Positions 1-8,419 of a stretch of DNA of 64,000 nt are shown piece after piece. The DNA is from a bacterium. Lineage in GTDB: Bacteria; Fidelibacterota; Marinisomatia; Marinisomatales; JAHJCW01. Below the pieces are notes generated by a model. That model was not told the origin of the DNA. It did no database searches and saw only the letters and a program-made list of their open reading frames with translations. The stretch's first letter is position 1; the number at the start of each line of letters is the position of its first letter. The translations under genes were made by a program, and so were the position numbers. Location: assembly GCA_028282845.1 (NCBI GenBank), contig JANQGY010000005.1:193010-257009 (forward strand). Direction: 5' to 3'.

Positions 1-230
1 GACGGCAATTTTTTGTCTTCCGACAAAACACGGATTTCCTCTTCAGGACCTAAGCGATCGGCAGGAATGCCGGGTACGCCGAACTCAAAATGTAGAAAAT
101 TAGTTTTTGAATGTTCGGCAAAATCATCAACCAAGCGTTTTAATTGACGAATGCCAATCTCATTAAGGTCAACCTCATGTTTCCGGATGAATTGCTCAAG
201 CAGCTTTGAATCTAAAGGAAAATTTGTCAT
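1..230 (-). CDS. PLP-dependent aminotransferase (class I/II-like), first ~76 codons; gene runs off the window start
   Basis: ATG at 230-228, 2 nt after the ptb stop. Translation MTNFPLDSKLLEQFIRKHEVDLNEIGIRQLKRLVDDFAEHSKTNFLHFEFGVPGIPADRLGPEEE resembles aminotransferase N-termini. Missing from the ORF track because no stop lies in the window. Confidence 0.45.
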   Translation of the reverse strand, partial: MTNFPLDSKLLEQFIRKHEVDLNEIGIRQLKRLVDDFAEHSKTNFLHFEFGVPGIPADRLGPEEEIRVLSEDKKLP

Positions 231-232
231 AA

Positions 233-1075
233 TTAGTCCATATTAAATTGATTGTGATAAACTAAAAGACCAAGTGCGATCGAGTTCAACTTGGTCTGCA
301 TAGTGTCGGAACGGGATAGTAAAATAATGGGAATCTTGGCACCGATAATTACGCCGCCGCCAGTTGAATTTCCGATACTTAATAACATCTTACTGATGAA
401 ATTGGTGGCGGTAATGTTTGGCCCGATAAACACATCCGTCTCGCCCGCCATTTTGGTTGTCAAATGTTTAGCTTCGGCAGCTTTTCGTGAGAGTGCCACA
501 TCAAGAGCAATCGGTCCTTCGATCGTGAAACGTGAATCGGATTGATATTTCTTGGCAATTTTATCGGCAAATACTGTTTCCGGCAATTTTGCCGATACTT
601 TTTCAATCAAAGCAAGCATGGCAATATTGGGCTTTATATTATTTAGAGCATCGGTTACCTGTAGTACATTATCAATTATTGAATCGGCTATTGTTTCGTT
701 AAGGGTGGGATTCACTCCACCATCAGTGGTAAGAATTAAACGATCATAATTCGGCGACTCGATCGCAGCCACATGGGTTAAGTATTTATTGGATCGTAAG
801 CCCTGTTGTTTATCCATCACCGCCTTAAGCAGGGTGGCTGTGTCAATGTTGCCTTTCATTAACAGATCGGCTTCATCATTTTTGATCGCATTAATTGCAA
901 CGGCAAGCGATTTGTCAGTATCATTATCTGTAAATAATAGTGGTTTTATCCAACCGTTGTTTTCCGCTTGTTCAAGGGCTTTAATAATATAATTGCTGCG
1001 GGGATTTACCACTGCGAGCCTGATTGGGGCATAGTCGGCGATGGCGTCATAAATTTCTTTAAAAGTTGTTATCAT
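233..1075 (-). CDS. ptb: phosphate butyryltransferase (Pta/Ptb family)
   Basis: 280 aa of Ptb size with Ptb-like sequence (RLAVVNP..., DLLMKGNIDT, TDGGVNP). Has a 4-nt overlap with the upstream butyrate kinase gene. Confidence 0.8.
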   Translation of the reverse strand: MITTFKEIYDAIADYAPIRLAVVNPRSNYIIKALEQAENNGWIKPLLFTDNDTDKSLAVAINAIKNDEADLLMKGNIDTATLLKAVMDKQQGLRSNKYLTHVAAIESPNYDRLILTTDGGVNPTLNETIADSIIDNVLQVTDALNNIKPNIAMLALIEKVSAKLPETVFADKIAKKYQSDSRFTIEGPIALDVALSRKAAEAKHLTTKMAGETDVFIGPNITATNFISKMLLSIGNSTGGGVIIGAKIPIILLSRSDTMQTKLNSIALGLLVYHNQFNMD

Positions 1076-2112
1076 AAATATTCTTTCGCTTCTTCGTCTC
1101 CATTTAATACGCGTAATACACCTTCAGCTAATGCTTCTAGTTCGAATGAATCGGGATAAATAATCTGTGGCTTAATAAAACTCAGATATTCATTCAATTT
1201 GGCAATAAGTAATTCTGAATTGGCTAAGCCTCCTGTAAATATTAAAGCGGAAAGCTCCCCGCCGAATGTAGAATATAAACCACCGATTTCTTTAACAACT
1301 TGATAGACCATTGCATCAACGATTAGCTCCGCCTGCCGGTTGCCTTGTTTAATTTGTTGCTCAATTACAGTGAATCGGTTTTCATTTAGGTAACCTTTTA
1401 AACCGCTTTCTTTCGATAATCTTTTTTCAAGTTTAGAACGCTGTATGTCTTGGCTATAAACTAAATCCAAAATTCCTGAAATTGGCAATGCCCCGGCTCG
1501 CTCAACGGAAAAGGGTCCCATGCCGAGCAAGGCGTCATTGACGTCAATAATTTTACCACTCTTTACGGCTGCGATAGAAAAGCCGCTTCCAAGATGCGCC
1601 ACTATGAATTTTGAATTACTAACGTTAAGCTTTAATTCCTGCGCTGCCTTGCAAACACAATAATTAATATTCAAAGCATGACTGCGGCTTTTTCTTTCAA
1701 TCCCCGGCACACCGGAAATGCGGGCTAAATCAATAAAATCATCAACTGTTACCGGATCAACTATAAAAGCCGGAACTTTATGCATCTTTTGTAATTCAGC
1801 CGCTAATAAAGCGCCTAAGTTGGAAGCATGGTTGGCATATTTACCACGACGATAGTCAGACAGCATTTTATCATTGATATGATATGTACCGCTTTGCAGG
1901 GGTTTTAAGGGACCGCCGCGCGCAGCGATGGCATCAATTTTAGTATTTTTATTAAGGTATTTTGATATTTGTTTTAAACGGGAAGGCAGTTGATCAACAA
2001 TTGAGTCGGAGAGTTGATCACCATAGTGGTCAATTTCTTCTCGCCATACTTCTTTAATGTTATTAAAATAACCGATTTCGGTGGTTGTAGCGCCAGGATT
2101 TATGGCGAGTAT
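1072..2112 (-). CDS. buk: butyrate kinase (ASKHA family); start codon unresolved
   Basis: The track ORF (1072-1866) is an N-terminally truncated butyrate kinase. The same frame stays open up to the stop at 2134-2136 and encodes the essential motif ILAINPGATTTEIGYF at about 2112-2065. No ATG/GTG/TTG occurs in that stretch, so the 5' end is placed at an ATA codon (2112-2110) only provisionally. Confidence 0.8.
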   Translation of the reverse strand: MLAINPGATTTEIGYFNNIKEVWREEIDHYGDQLSDSIVDQLPSRLKQISKYLNKNTKIDAIAARGGPLKPLQSGTYHINDKMLSDYRRGKYANHASNLGALLAAELQKMHKVPAFIVDPVTVDDFIDLARISGVPGIERKSRSHALNINYCVCKAAQELKLNVSNSKFIVAHLGSGFSIAAVKSGKIIDVNDALLGMGPFSVERAGALPISGILDLVYSQDIQRSKLEKRLSKESGLKGYLNENRFTVIEQQIKQGNRQAELIVDAMVYQVVKEIGGLYSTFGGELSALIFTGGLANSELLIAKLNEYLSFIKPQIIYPDSFELEALAEGVLRVLNGDEEAKEYL

Positions 2113-2128
2113 AAAGAAAGCGAGCCTC

Positions 2129-2665
2129 TTAGTTTATCAGAGCCATTCCGTGTTTCAGGGCTTTCTCATTTATCGGCAGTAAATGGTGATTCCTTTCAGG
2201 CAAAACCTTTGAAAGTCCTTCCATAATTGATTCTTTTGAAACGAGCGGCTTTTTGGATAAAAATGCACCAAGGATTATCATATTCATTGTCTTCTTATTG
2301 CCGATCTTATCCGCTTCAACGTTGGCAGGTATAGAATAAACTTCGATATCAGTTCTTTTTGGCGGATTTAAAATGTTGTTTGATTCATAAATCAGGATAC
2401 CGCCCGGCTTAACTTTTGGTTCGAACTTTTCCAAAGAGGGCTGATTAAGAACAATTGCCGTATCATAACTGCTGATAATCGGTGAACTGACATTAGTGTC
2501 CGAAACTATAACAGTGCAGTTGGCTGTTCCGCCACGCATTTCCGGCCCGTAACTTGGTATCCATGCCACTTGCTTGTCTTCAACCATTCCGGCATAAGCT
2601 AAGGTCATTCCCATTGATAAAACACCCTGTCCGCCAAATCCGGCTACAATTAATTCTTCATTCAT
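2129..2665 (-). CDS. 2-oxoacid:ferredoxin oxidoreductase, gamma subunit (VOR/KOR type)
   Basis: 178 aa. N-terminus MNEELIVAGFGGQGVLSMG...YGPEMRGGTANC is typical of gamma subunits. Lies in a 4-gene delta-alpha-beta-gamma array. Confidence 0.85.
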   Translation of the reverse strand: MNEELIVAGFGGQGVLSMGMTLAYAGMVEDKQVAWIPSYGPEMRGGTANCTVIVSDTNVSSPIISSYDTAIVLNQPSLEKFEPKVKPGGILIYESNNILNPPKRTDIEVYSIPANVEADKIGNKKTMNMIILGAFLSKKPLVSKESIMEGLSKVLPERNHHLLPINEKALKHGMALIN

Positions 2666-2666
2666 T

Positions 2667-3458
2667 TTATGCTTCCTTGGGAGGTAGTTTTAAATCGCCC
2701 AACGGATAATAATCAAGAATTTCTTGGTTGATCTTTTCATTTGAGGCGATTGGTGTCATTTTCCAACCTGACGGGCAGTTACTAACGATTTCAACATAAT
2801 TGGTGCCACCCTTGCCATCGAGTTGATTTTGGAAAGCCTGTTTGAGGGCTTTTTTACATTTTCGAACGGTTTTCGCAGAATTGACAGCCTGTCGCGTTAC
2901 ATAGTAAGCTCCATCCAATATGGCGATCATTTCACTTATTTTAATTGGATGACCCTGCCTAAAAATGTCCCGTCCGTCAGGAGTGGTGGAAGTAACATCG
3001 CCTTCTAAAGTAGTAGGCGCCATTTGTCCGCCGGTCATTCCATAAATACCGTTATTTATAAAAATAATTACAATATTCTCACCGCGATTGATAGTGTGAA
3101 TTGTCTCGGCGGTGCCGATAGCAGCGAGATCACCATCACCCTGATAGGTGAATACAATTTTGTTTGGTAAAACTCTTTTAATTCCGGTGGCAACTGCTGT
3201 TGCGCGCCCATGGGCGGCTTGCTGCATATCTACATTCATGAAATTATACGCGAAAACCGAACAACCTACCGGAGCTACGCCAATTGTATCACCCAAAATA
3301 TCAAGCTCCTCAACAACTTCCATGATTAGACGATGAACGACGGAGTGTCCGCATCCGGGACAATAACTTGTTGGTGTCTCATGTAAAATATGAGTTCGTT
3401 CAAAAATGGTTTCCATTTGATCTAAATTTTCACAGGTAATTCCTTCGGCTGTGCTCAT
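2667..3458 (-). CDS. 2-oxoacid:ferredoxin oxidoreductase, beta (TPP-binding) subunit
   Basis: 263 aa. Has N-terminal CPGCGH cysteines and the TPP motif GDGDLAAIG...NNGIYGMTGGQ. Confidence 0.85.
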   Translation of the reverse strand: MSTAEGITCENLDQMETIFERTHILHETPTSYCPGCGHSVVHRLIMEVVEELDILGDTIGVAPVGCSVFAYNFMNVDMQQAAHGRATAVATGIKRVLPNKIVFTYQGDGDLAAIGTAETIHTINRGENIVIIFINNGIYGMTGGQMAPTTLEGDVTSTTPDGRDIFRQGHPIKISEMIAILDGAYYVTRQAVNSAKTVRKCKKALKQAFQNQLDGKGGTNYVEIVSNCPSGWKMTPIASNEKINQEILDYYPLGDLKLPPKEA

Positions 3459-3460
3459 AC

Positions 3461-4522
3461 TTAATCCTTTATCTTCTTTAATTCATTAACAATATCGTCA
3501 GGTTGTGGAATCATTCCCCCCATTCTGCCGTAGAATGCCACAGGCGTATCATTTTTGATAGAAAGACGAACATCTTCAACCATTTGTCCGGCATTCATTT
3601 CCACAACCAAAACACCCTTGGCTTTTTTAGAAAGCTCATTAATAATATCAGATGGAAAAGGAAAAACTGTAATAGGTCTGATCAAACCGACTTTCATGCC
3701 CTCTTCACGAGATAATTCCATCGCCTTTTGTGAGGAGCGGGCCGAAAGACCGAAAGAGACAATTAACAAGTCGGCATCATTGGTATTGATGGTTTCGCAG
3801 CGTGTTTCATTCTTTTGGATTTCTTTATATTTATTCTGCAGATGCACATTGATCTCCTCCATTTTCTCTGATAAAAGGTGTAATGAAGTGATGTAGTTTT
3901 GCGGCCTGCCGTCGACACGGCCGGTTGTAGCCCAAGCAGAATGATCAACTAAATGTTCTTCAGGATTATACTCCGGAAATTCCACGGATTCCATCATTTG
4001 ACCCAAAGCTCCATCAGCCAATATCAAAACCGGCAGGCGGTATTTATCGGCTAGATCAAACCCAAGAAAGGTAAAGTTTGCCATTTCCTGGACACTGTTT
4101 GGCGCCAAAACGATTAATTTATAATCGCCGTGTCCGCCTCCTTTTACAGCCTGAAAGTAGTCGCCTTGCGAAGGTTGAATCGTTCCTAATCCCGGTCCGC
4201 CGCGCACGACATTTACTAACAGACAGGGTAATTCAGCACAGGCCATATAAGATATTCCTTCTTGCATCAAGCTATAGCCGGGGCTACTGGTACTCGTCAT
4301 AACGCGCTTGCCGGTGCCCGATGCTCCATATACCATATTGATGGCGGCAACTTCACTTTCGGCTTGCACAAAAACACCGCCGCGCGCTTCTAAATTGGTT
4401 GCCATATATTCAAGTAGCTCGGATTGTGGCGTAATCGGGTACCCGAAATATCCTTTAACACCCGCTCTGATGGCTGCTTCGGCAAGGGCTTCGTTTCCCT
4501 TCATTAATAATTTTTTAGCCAT
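3461..4522 (-). CDS. 2-oxoacid:ferredoxin oxidoreductase, alpha subunit
   Basis: 353 aa. MKGNEALAEAAIRAGVKGYFGYPITPQSE is the canonical alpha-subunit N-terminus. Confidence 0.85.
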   Translation of the reverse strand: MAKKLLMKGNEALAEAAIRAGVKGYFGYPITPQSELLEYMATNLEARGGVFVQAESEVAAINMVYGASGTGKRVMTSTSSPGYSLMQEGISYMACAELPCLLVNVVRGGPGLGTIQPSQGDYFQAVKGGGHGDYKLIVLAPNSVQEMANFTFLGFDLADKYRLPVLILADGALGQMMESVEFPEYNPEEHLVDHSAWATTGRVDGRPQNYITSLHLLSEKMEEINVHLQNKYKEIQKNETRCETINTNDADLLIVSFGLSARSSQKAMELSREEGMKVGLIRPITVFPFPSDIINELSKKAKGVLVVEMNAGQMVEDVRLSIKNDTPVAFYGRMGGMIPQPDDIVNELKKIKD

Positions 4523-4529
4523 AATATTC

Positions 4530-4799
4530 CTAATTTGTTGCTAAAGAAAGGTTATCGGTGGAAGGTGCTTTCTTTTTGGATCTTGATTCTCTGTAAACTG
4601 TGATAATTGCCTCGGGACAGACTAAAGCACAATTCGTACAGCCAGTGCAATTATCCTCAACCAATACGGCGTAATGGTAGCCTTTTTTGTTTATATTTTG
4701 AGACATTTCAAGAGAACCTTGAGGACATTCGTTTATGCAGAGTTCACAACCTTTACAATTTTCAATATTAATTTGTACATGCCCGCGTATTTTTGCCAT
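4530..4799 (-). CDS. 2-oxoacid:ferredoxin oxidoreductase delta subunit (2x[4Fe-4S] ferredoxin)
   Basis: 89 aa with two CxxCxxCxxxCP motifs (CKGCELCINECP, CTGCTNCALVCP). First gene of the operon. Confidence 0.8.
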   Translation of the reverse strand: MAKIRGHVQINIENCKGCELCINECPQGSLEMSQNINKKGYHYAVLVEDNCTGCTNCALVCPEAIITVYRESRSKKKAPSTDNLSLATN

Positions 4800-4878
4800 T
4801 GTTCACTCAACTTTTTTAGTTTAAATCAAAAGGTAAAGTTACGACTTTAATTATTCTACATTCAATTTAAATAGGATA

Positions 4879-5481
4879 TTAAAGTCCTTGAATATGGGCT
4901 TCATAAAATATGCTCAATTTTTCTTCCAATTCTTCCTGTGTTCCATTATTGTGAATGGTATAGTCCGCTATTTCGGATTTTTCTTCATCGGTCCATTGCA
5001 GATCAATTCTGCGTAAAATATCTTCGCGGGTCAACCGACCGCGTTTTAGAGCGCGCTCAACTCTAAACTTAAGTAATGAAGCAATCAGCAGAATGAGATC
5101 GAGATGTTGATCAAGACCGGATTCCAGTATTATAGCGCCGTCAACGACAAAACTATCATGTTTCCCCTTATTGGATATTTCCTCAAATTGTTTGTCTAAT
5201 TCCTTAAAAACATGAGGGTGTATTATGGCATTTAAGAGCAGTTGATGATCCTCATCCTGAAAAGCAACGCGCGCCAATTTTTTATTATTAATGTTTCCTT
5301 CACCATCGAGTACGTCGCTGCCAAACTCATCAATAATGTCTTTTTGAACCTGTTCGTTGTTTTCCAATATCTTCTTTGCTTCGGAATCCGCATCAAAAAT
5401 ATATGAACCGAGCTGTTCAAGATAGACGCTCGCTGTACTTTTACCGCTGCCGATCCCTCCGGTCAGTCCGATTTTTAACAT
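4879..5481 (-). CDS. coaE: dephospho-CoA kinase
   Basis: 200 aa. N-terminus MLKIGLTGGIGSGKST and overall CoaE-like sequence. Confidence 0.85.
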   Translation of the reverse strand: MLKIGLTGGIGSGKSTASVYLEQLGSYIFDADSEAKKILENNEQVQKDIIDEFGSDVLDGEGNINNKKLARVAFQDEDHQLLLNAIIHPHVFKELDKQFEEISNKGKHDSFVVDGAIILESGLDQHLDLILLIASLLKFRVERALKRGRLTREDILRRIDLQWTDEEKSEIADYTIHNNGTQEELEEKLSIFYEAHIQGL

Positions 5482-5483
5482 GT

Positions 5484-6044
5484 TTACTCCAAAACATTTA
5501 AAATTCTATCGGTTATTTCCGGGATGGTTCCCAATCCATCCACTTCGTGCAACAAATTCCGCTGCTGATAAAAATCTAACAGGGGAGCAGTTAATTTCCA
5601 ATAGACTTGCTGACGTTCTTTGATGACCTCTTCGGTGTCGTCACTGCGCCCTGATTCCTGACCACGCAATACTAGCCTTTTCACAAGCTCGTCCTCATCG
5701 GCCGTTAAGCTGACCACAAAATCAATTTTGGGACCAATCTTTTCCACGATCTTTTCCAAACCTTCGGCTTGAGGAATTGTGCGCGGAAAACCGTCTAATA
5801 AATATCCTTTTTTACAGTCATCCTGCTGTAAGCGGCCTTCCATCATATCCAATAATAATTCATCAGGCACCAAAGATCCGGCATCCATAAAGGTTTTGGC
5901 CTTTATTCCCAATTCGGTGTTCCCGCCAACCTCAGCACGCAGAATGTCTCCTGTTGAAAGATGTACAATTCCATATTTTTTGACTATATTTTTAGCTTGA
6001 GTTCCTTTCCCCACGCCCGGGGGTCCCATTAGAATAATTCGCAT
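5484..6044 (-). CDS. adk: adenylate kinase (short form without Zn lid)
   Basis: 186 aa. Motifs MRIILMGPPGVGKGTQA, GYLLDGFPRT and RSDD. Confidence 0.9.
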   Translation of the reverse strand: MRIILMGPPGVGKGTQAKNIVKKYGIVHLSTGDILRAEVGGNTELGIKAKTFMDAGSLVPDELLLDMMEGRLQQDDCKKGYLLDGFPRTIPQAEGLEKIVEKIGPKIDFVVSLTADEDELVKRLVLRGQESGRSDDTEEVIKERQQVYWKLTAPLLDFYQQRNLLHEVDGLGTIPEITDRILNVLE

Positions 6045-6061
6045 TTTCCTTTTCCTTTTGG

Positions 6062-7279
6062 TTAGATTAATATACCGGCGACAGTGGCAGTGAGCCAGGA
6101 AGCTAACGCTCCGCCAAACATCGCTTTCATTGCTAATTTTGCAAAATCTTTACGGCGTTCCGGTGAGATTCCGCCTAAACCGCCGATTTGGATACCAATT
6201 GATGCAAAATTTGCGAAACCGCACAAAGCATAACTTGCTATAATCGCTGTCCGCTCACTAATCGCATCATCCATGCGCAATTGACTGAGATCAGCATAAG
6301 CAATCAATTCGGTTAAAACAATTTTTTCACCCATTAATTGACCTAAAATACCGGCTTCTTCCCAAGCTACGCCCATTGTCCAAGCTAATGGCTTGAAGAT
6401 AAAACCAAGAATTCCTTCAAGAGAAGTGCCGGCCAAACCTAATAAGGCATTAAACATTGCAATTAGAGCCACAAAAGCGACCAACATAGCTCCGACATTC
6501 GCTGCCAGTTTCAATCCCTGAGTGGCGCCGCGCGAAAGAGCTTCCATGGCATTGTCGTCAATTTTCTCAACCGATACGGTATCGTCGTCGGCTGTAAGTG
6601 GAATTTCCGTTTCGGGATAAATTATTTTGGCAATTACCAAAGCTGCCGGTGCACTCATAATTGAGGCAGCCATTAAATGGCCGGCAATTCCGGGAATATC
6701 CACTAGCATAGTAACATAGATGGCCATAACGCCCCCGGCAACGGTGGCAAAACCGCCCACCATAATCGCCATTATCTCGGATTGTGTTAGACCTTTGACA
6801 AAGGGGCGGATTAGGAGCGGTGCCTCGGTCTGCCCGACAAAAATATTGGCTGAAACACTTAGAGTTTCCGCGCCGCTTGTCTTTAAAGTTCGTTCCATTA
6901 TCCAGGCAAGACCCTTGACTATTTTTTGCATGACGCCAAGATAATATAATACCGCCATCAAGGATGAAAAGAAAATGATGGTCGGCAAGGCGCGGAAGGC
7001 GAAATTGATCAAAGGCACTTCTACCACGCCGGTTGAATAGGATGCAAACAGAAAATCGCTTCCGGCATCCGCAAAGCTGATTAATTTTTTTATAGCGGTA
7101 TCAAAAGCGGCAAAGAACGGTTGTCCAATGGGTGTTTTTAAAATAAATAACGCAAAGAGCAGTTGCAGCAAAAGCCCTCCGATGATGACCCGCCAATTCA
7201 GGTTCTTGCGATTATTGGACATCGCAAAAGCGATAGCCAATAAAATAACAATTCCGATTAATCCGGTTAACCTTTCCAT
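6062..7279 (-). CDS. nupC: concentrative nucleoside transporter (NupC/CNT family)
   Basis: 405-aa polytopic membrane protein with CNT-like segments (FVGQTEAPLLIRPF, ALCGFANFASIGIQIGG). Confidence 0.8.
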   Translation of the reverse strand: MERLTGLIGIVILLAIAFAMSNNRKNLNWRVIIGGLLLQLLFALFILKTPIGQPFFAAFDTAIKKLISFADAGSDFLFASYSTGVVEVPLINFAFRALPTIIFFSSLMAVLYYLGVMQKIVKGLAWIMERTLKTSGAETLSVSANIFVGQTEAPLLIRPFVKGLTQSEIMAIMVGGFATVAGGVMAIYVTMLVDIPGIAGHLMAASIMSAPAALVIAKIIYPETEIPLTADDDTVSVEKIDDNAMEALSRGATQGLKLAANVGAMLVAFVALIAMFNALLGLAGTSLEGILGFIFKPLAWTMGVAWEEAGILGQLMGEKIVLTELIAYADLSQLRMDDAISERTAIIASYALCGFANFASIGIQIGGLGGISPERRKDFAKLAMKAMFGGALASWLTATVAGILI

Positions 7280-7297
7280 TTATTCCTCTCTATTTTT

Positions 7298-7318
7298 CTG
7301 CCACAGAGGGCACAGAGC
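7298..7318. repeat. 3'-flank arm of the inverted repeat bracketing the GxxExxY gene (CCACAGAGGGCACAGAG)
   Basis: The reverse complement CTCTGTGCCCTCTGTGG matches CTCTGTGAACTCCGTGG at 7715-7731 in 14 of 17 positions, by eye. Confidence 0.55.
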
Positions 7319-7342
7319 TTATTTTGAAAATATTATTTTTCA

Positions 7343-7765
7343 TTAATTTGAAATTCTTTTGATTCCGTTGATTAGTTTCTTTTCAGCAAAATTAATTAAT
7401 AAAGAATGTTTTAGGCCGGTTGGTTTTAAATATGATAAGGTTTGAGCCATTGCAACTTCAGGTAATTTTGATACTGATTTTAATTCAACGACTACTTCAT
7501 TTTCAACTAAGATATCTATTCGCTGACCTTTAATAATTGTATCTTTGTATTTTACATTAACTCCTACTTGTCGCTCAACTTTTAGCCCTCGTTGTTTTAA
7601 TTCGTAGCAGAGAGCCTCCTCATAGATCGATTCTAACAGTCCTGGTCCGATAATTTTATGGACTTCAATTGCGGCGCCTATAATCTGTTCTGTCAATTTA
7701 TCTCCATAAAAAATCTCTGTGAACTCCGTGGTTAGTTCTCCGGTGGTTGGTAGCAATTGCGACAA
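7343..7765 (-). CDS. GxxExxY protein (PD-(D/E)XK nuclease-like fold family)
   Basis: IIGAAIEVHKIIGPGLLESIYEEALCYEL...DILVENEVVVELKS fits the GxxExxY signature. The ATG at 7765 overlaps the tdk 3' end by 34 nt; an alternative TTG start lies near 7696. Confidence 0.7.
   Translation of the reverse strand: MSQLLPTTGELTTEFTEIFYGDKLTEQIIGAAIEVHKIIGPGLLESIYEEALCYELKQRGLKVERQVGVNVKYKDTIIKGQRIDILVENEVVVELKSVSKLPEVAMAQTLSYLKPTGLKHSLLINFAEKKLINGIKRISN
7715..7735. repeat. 5' arm of the inverted repeat bracketing the GxxExxY gene
   Basis: CTCTGTGAACTCCGTGG pairs with 7301-7317. It lies just after the tdk stop and inside the annotated N-terminus (TTEFTE) of the GxxExxY ORF. A near-copy CTCCGGTGGTT follows at 7738-7748. 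Confidence 0.5.
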
Positions 7766-8292
7766 CGCGCTTCGTAAATATCGGTTTCACCGATGACAAC
7801 CCGTTGTTTGTCTTTGCTTGTTCTTTGAGTATAAGTTGCCGGATTTCCGCATACTACGCAGATGGCGCGAAGTTTATCAACATAGTCAGCTTCGCACATC
7901 AGTTCCGGCATTGGACCAAATGGCTGCCCGCGGTAATCGGTGTCAAGTCCGGCGACAATAACCCGTTTTTTTTGTTTAGCCAATTTTTTACTTACTTCTA
8001 AAATATCATTGTCGAAAAATTGAGCTTCGTCAATAGCAACAACCTCAGCATCACCGGCGTTGTCAATAATTTCTTGTGATGAGTTTACAGTTTTTGAGGT
8101 CAACTGTTTACGATCGTGCGAAACAATGTGCTCTTCACTAAAACGATTATCAACGAAAGGCTTAAAAATGATAGTTTTCATCTTTGCGATTTGTGCACGA
8201 CGAATTCGGCGCATCAGTTCTTCAGTCTTACCGCTGAACATTGAACCGCAAATTACTTCAATCCAACCGGCATCACGGGGAGTCCAGGTCAT
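7732..8292 (-). CDS. tdk: thymidine kinase
   Basis: 186 aa. Motifs GSMFSGKTEEL and IDEAQFF, plus C-terminal Zn-ribbon cysteines CVVCG...CRNC. Confidence 0.9.
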   Translation of the reverse strand: MTWTPRDAGWIEVICGSMFSGKTEELMRRIRRAQIAKMKTIIFKPFVDNRFSEEHIVSHDRKQLTSKTVNSSQEIIDNAGDAEVVAIDEAQFFDNDILEVSKKLAKQKKRVIVAGLDTDYRGQPFGPMPELMCEADYVDKLRAICVVCGNPATYTQRTSKDKQRVVIGETDIYEARCRNCYQPPEN

Positions 8293-8419
8293 TTTTATCT
8301 CCTTGAGAATATAGAATTAAATTTTGTCTAAATAAGAGTAATGGCAATTTCTTGGATATAGTTGTTTTACCGGAACCGGTTCCGCTTGTTACGCCGCTTA
8401 ATATGGTTGGTTTATTCAT
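8273..8419 (-). pseudogene. remnant of a P-loop nucleoside kinase gene (udk-like N-terminus only)
   Basis: A 48-codon ORF whose ATG overlaps the cdd stop (ATGA). It encodes MNKPTILSGVTSGTGSGKTTISKKL, then unrelated sequence that runs into the tdk start. Too short for a kinase. Confidence 0.4.
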
